From Euprymna scolopes (lineage: Eukaryota), in NCBI GenBank assembly GCA_053919585.1, contig CM132802.1: a stretch of DNA of 64,000 nucleotides; one strand, written 5' to 3'. A model generated the notes under the pieces. It was not told the origin of the DNA and ran no database searches. It saw nothing but the letters and a program-made list of their open reading frames with translations. The translations under genes were made by a program, and so were the position numbers. Shown here one piece after another: positions 63,626 to 64,000 of the stretch (position 1 is the stretch's first letter; each line of letters opens with the position of its first letter).

Positions 63626-63630
<5 letters not shown>
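63287..63630 (+). ncRNA. Terminally repeated 304-nt unit with tRNA-derived head and intact type I hammerhead (family T5)
   Basis: Direct repeat CATG.CCGTAG.TTACTGTTTTTAAAAA at 63287 and 63591. A box TTGCATAATGG, B box GGTTCAAATC. HHR 63555-63604: 8-bp stem I AAGCTACG/CGTAGTTT, CTGAAGA, GGAG/TTCC, GAAA, ACA-CGCA-TGT, GTC 63594-63596. T5 at 63609-63613. Confidence 0.87.
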
Positions 63631-63684
<54 letters not shown>

Positions 63685-63788
63685 GAGTTCATGTAATTCA
63701 GTATATTTTCATATACCAATATGTTTTAAGCCAAAAATGGTTGACTTAGGGATTAAGCTACAAAATTATCACATTTCATAATTGAGCA

Positions 63789-63863
<75 letters not shown>

Positions 63864-64000
63864 CACTTTGTAAATTACTATTACATATTGGGTACAATAT
63901 AATGATCACTAGAGAATTGTCTTTATAATAATTTCGAAATCTGCATTAACTTAAGGATTATATATAAGCCTATTTTACAACGAGGAACCACTGGGCTAAA

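Overview
AT-rich animal genomic DNA with several assembly gaps and many (TA)n/(CA)n/(AAT)n tracts. Several dispersed repeats resemble ones I recall from cephalopod genomes, but the species is unverified. I found no convincing host protein-coding exon; the only host-gene signal is a possible promoter plus non-coding first exon at about 23.2-23.6 kb. The window is almost entirely mobile DNA. It holds a full-length Chapaev3 (CMC) transposon whose transposase is broken only by two TGG>TGA stops, a deleted maT (DD37D) element, hAT and pogo-type MITEs, more than 10 non-autonomous Helitrons (three joined head-to-tail), CR1/L2-group LINE 3' fragments and five 5S-rRNA-derived SINE heads. The most striking signal is about 20 hammerhead-ribozyme (HHR) cores (CTGANGA...GAAA with short palindromic stem III), which fall into two architectures. 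In the first, at least five unrelated families place a tRNA-derived Pol III promoter directly before a type I HHR, in ~260-300-nt units that are terminally repeated or circularly permuted (retrozyme/circRNA-like). In the second, foldback elements carry an HHR in each inverted arm (Penelope-like). All structures were read by eye; no folding or database searches were run.
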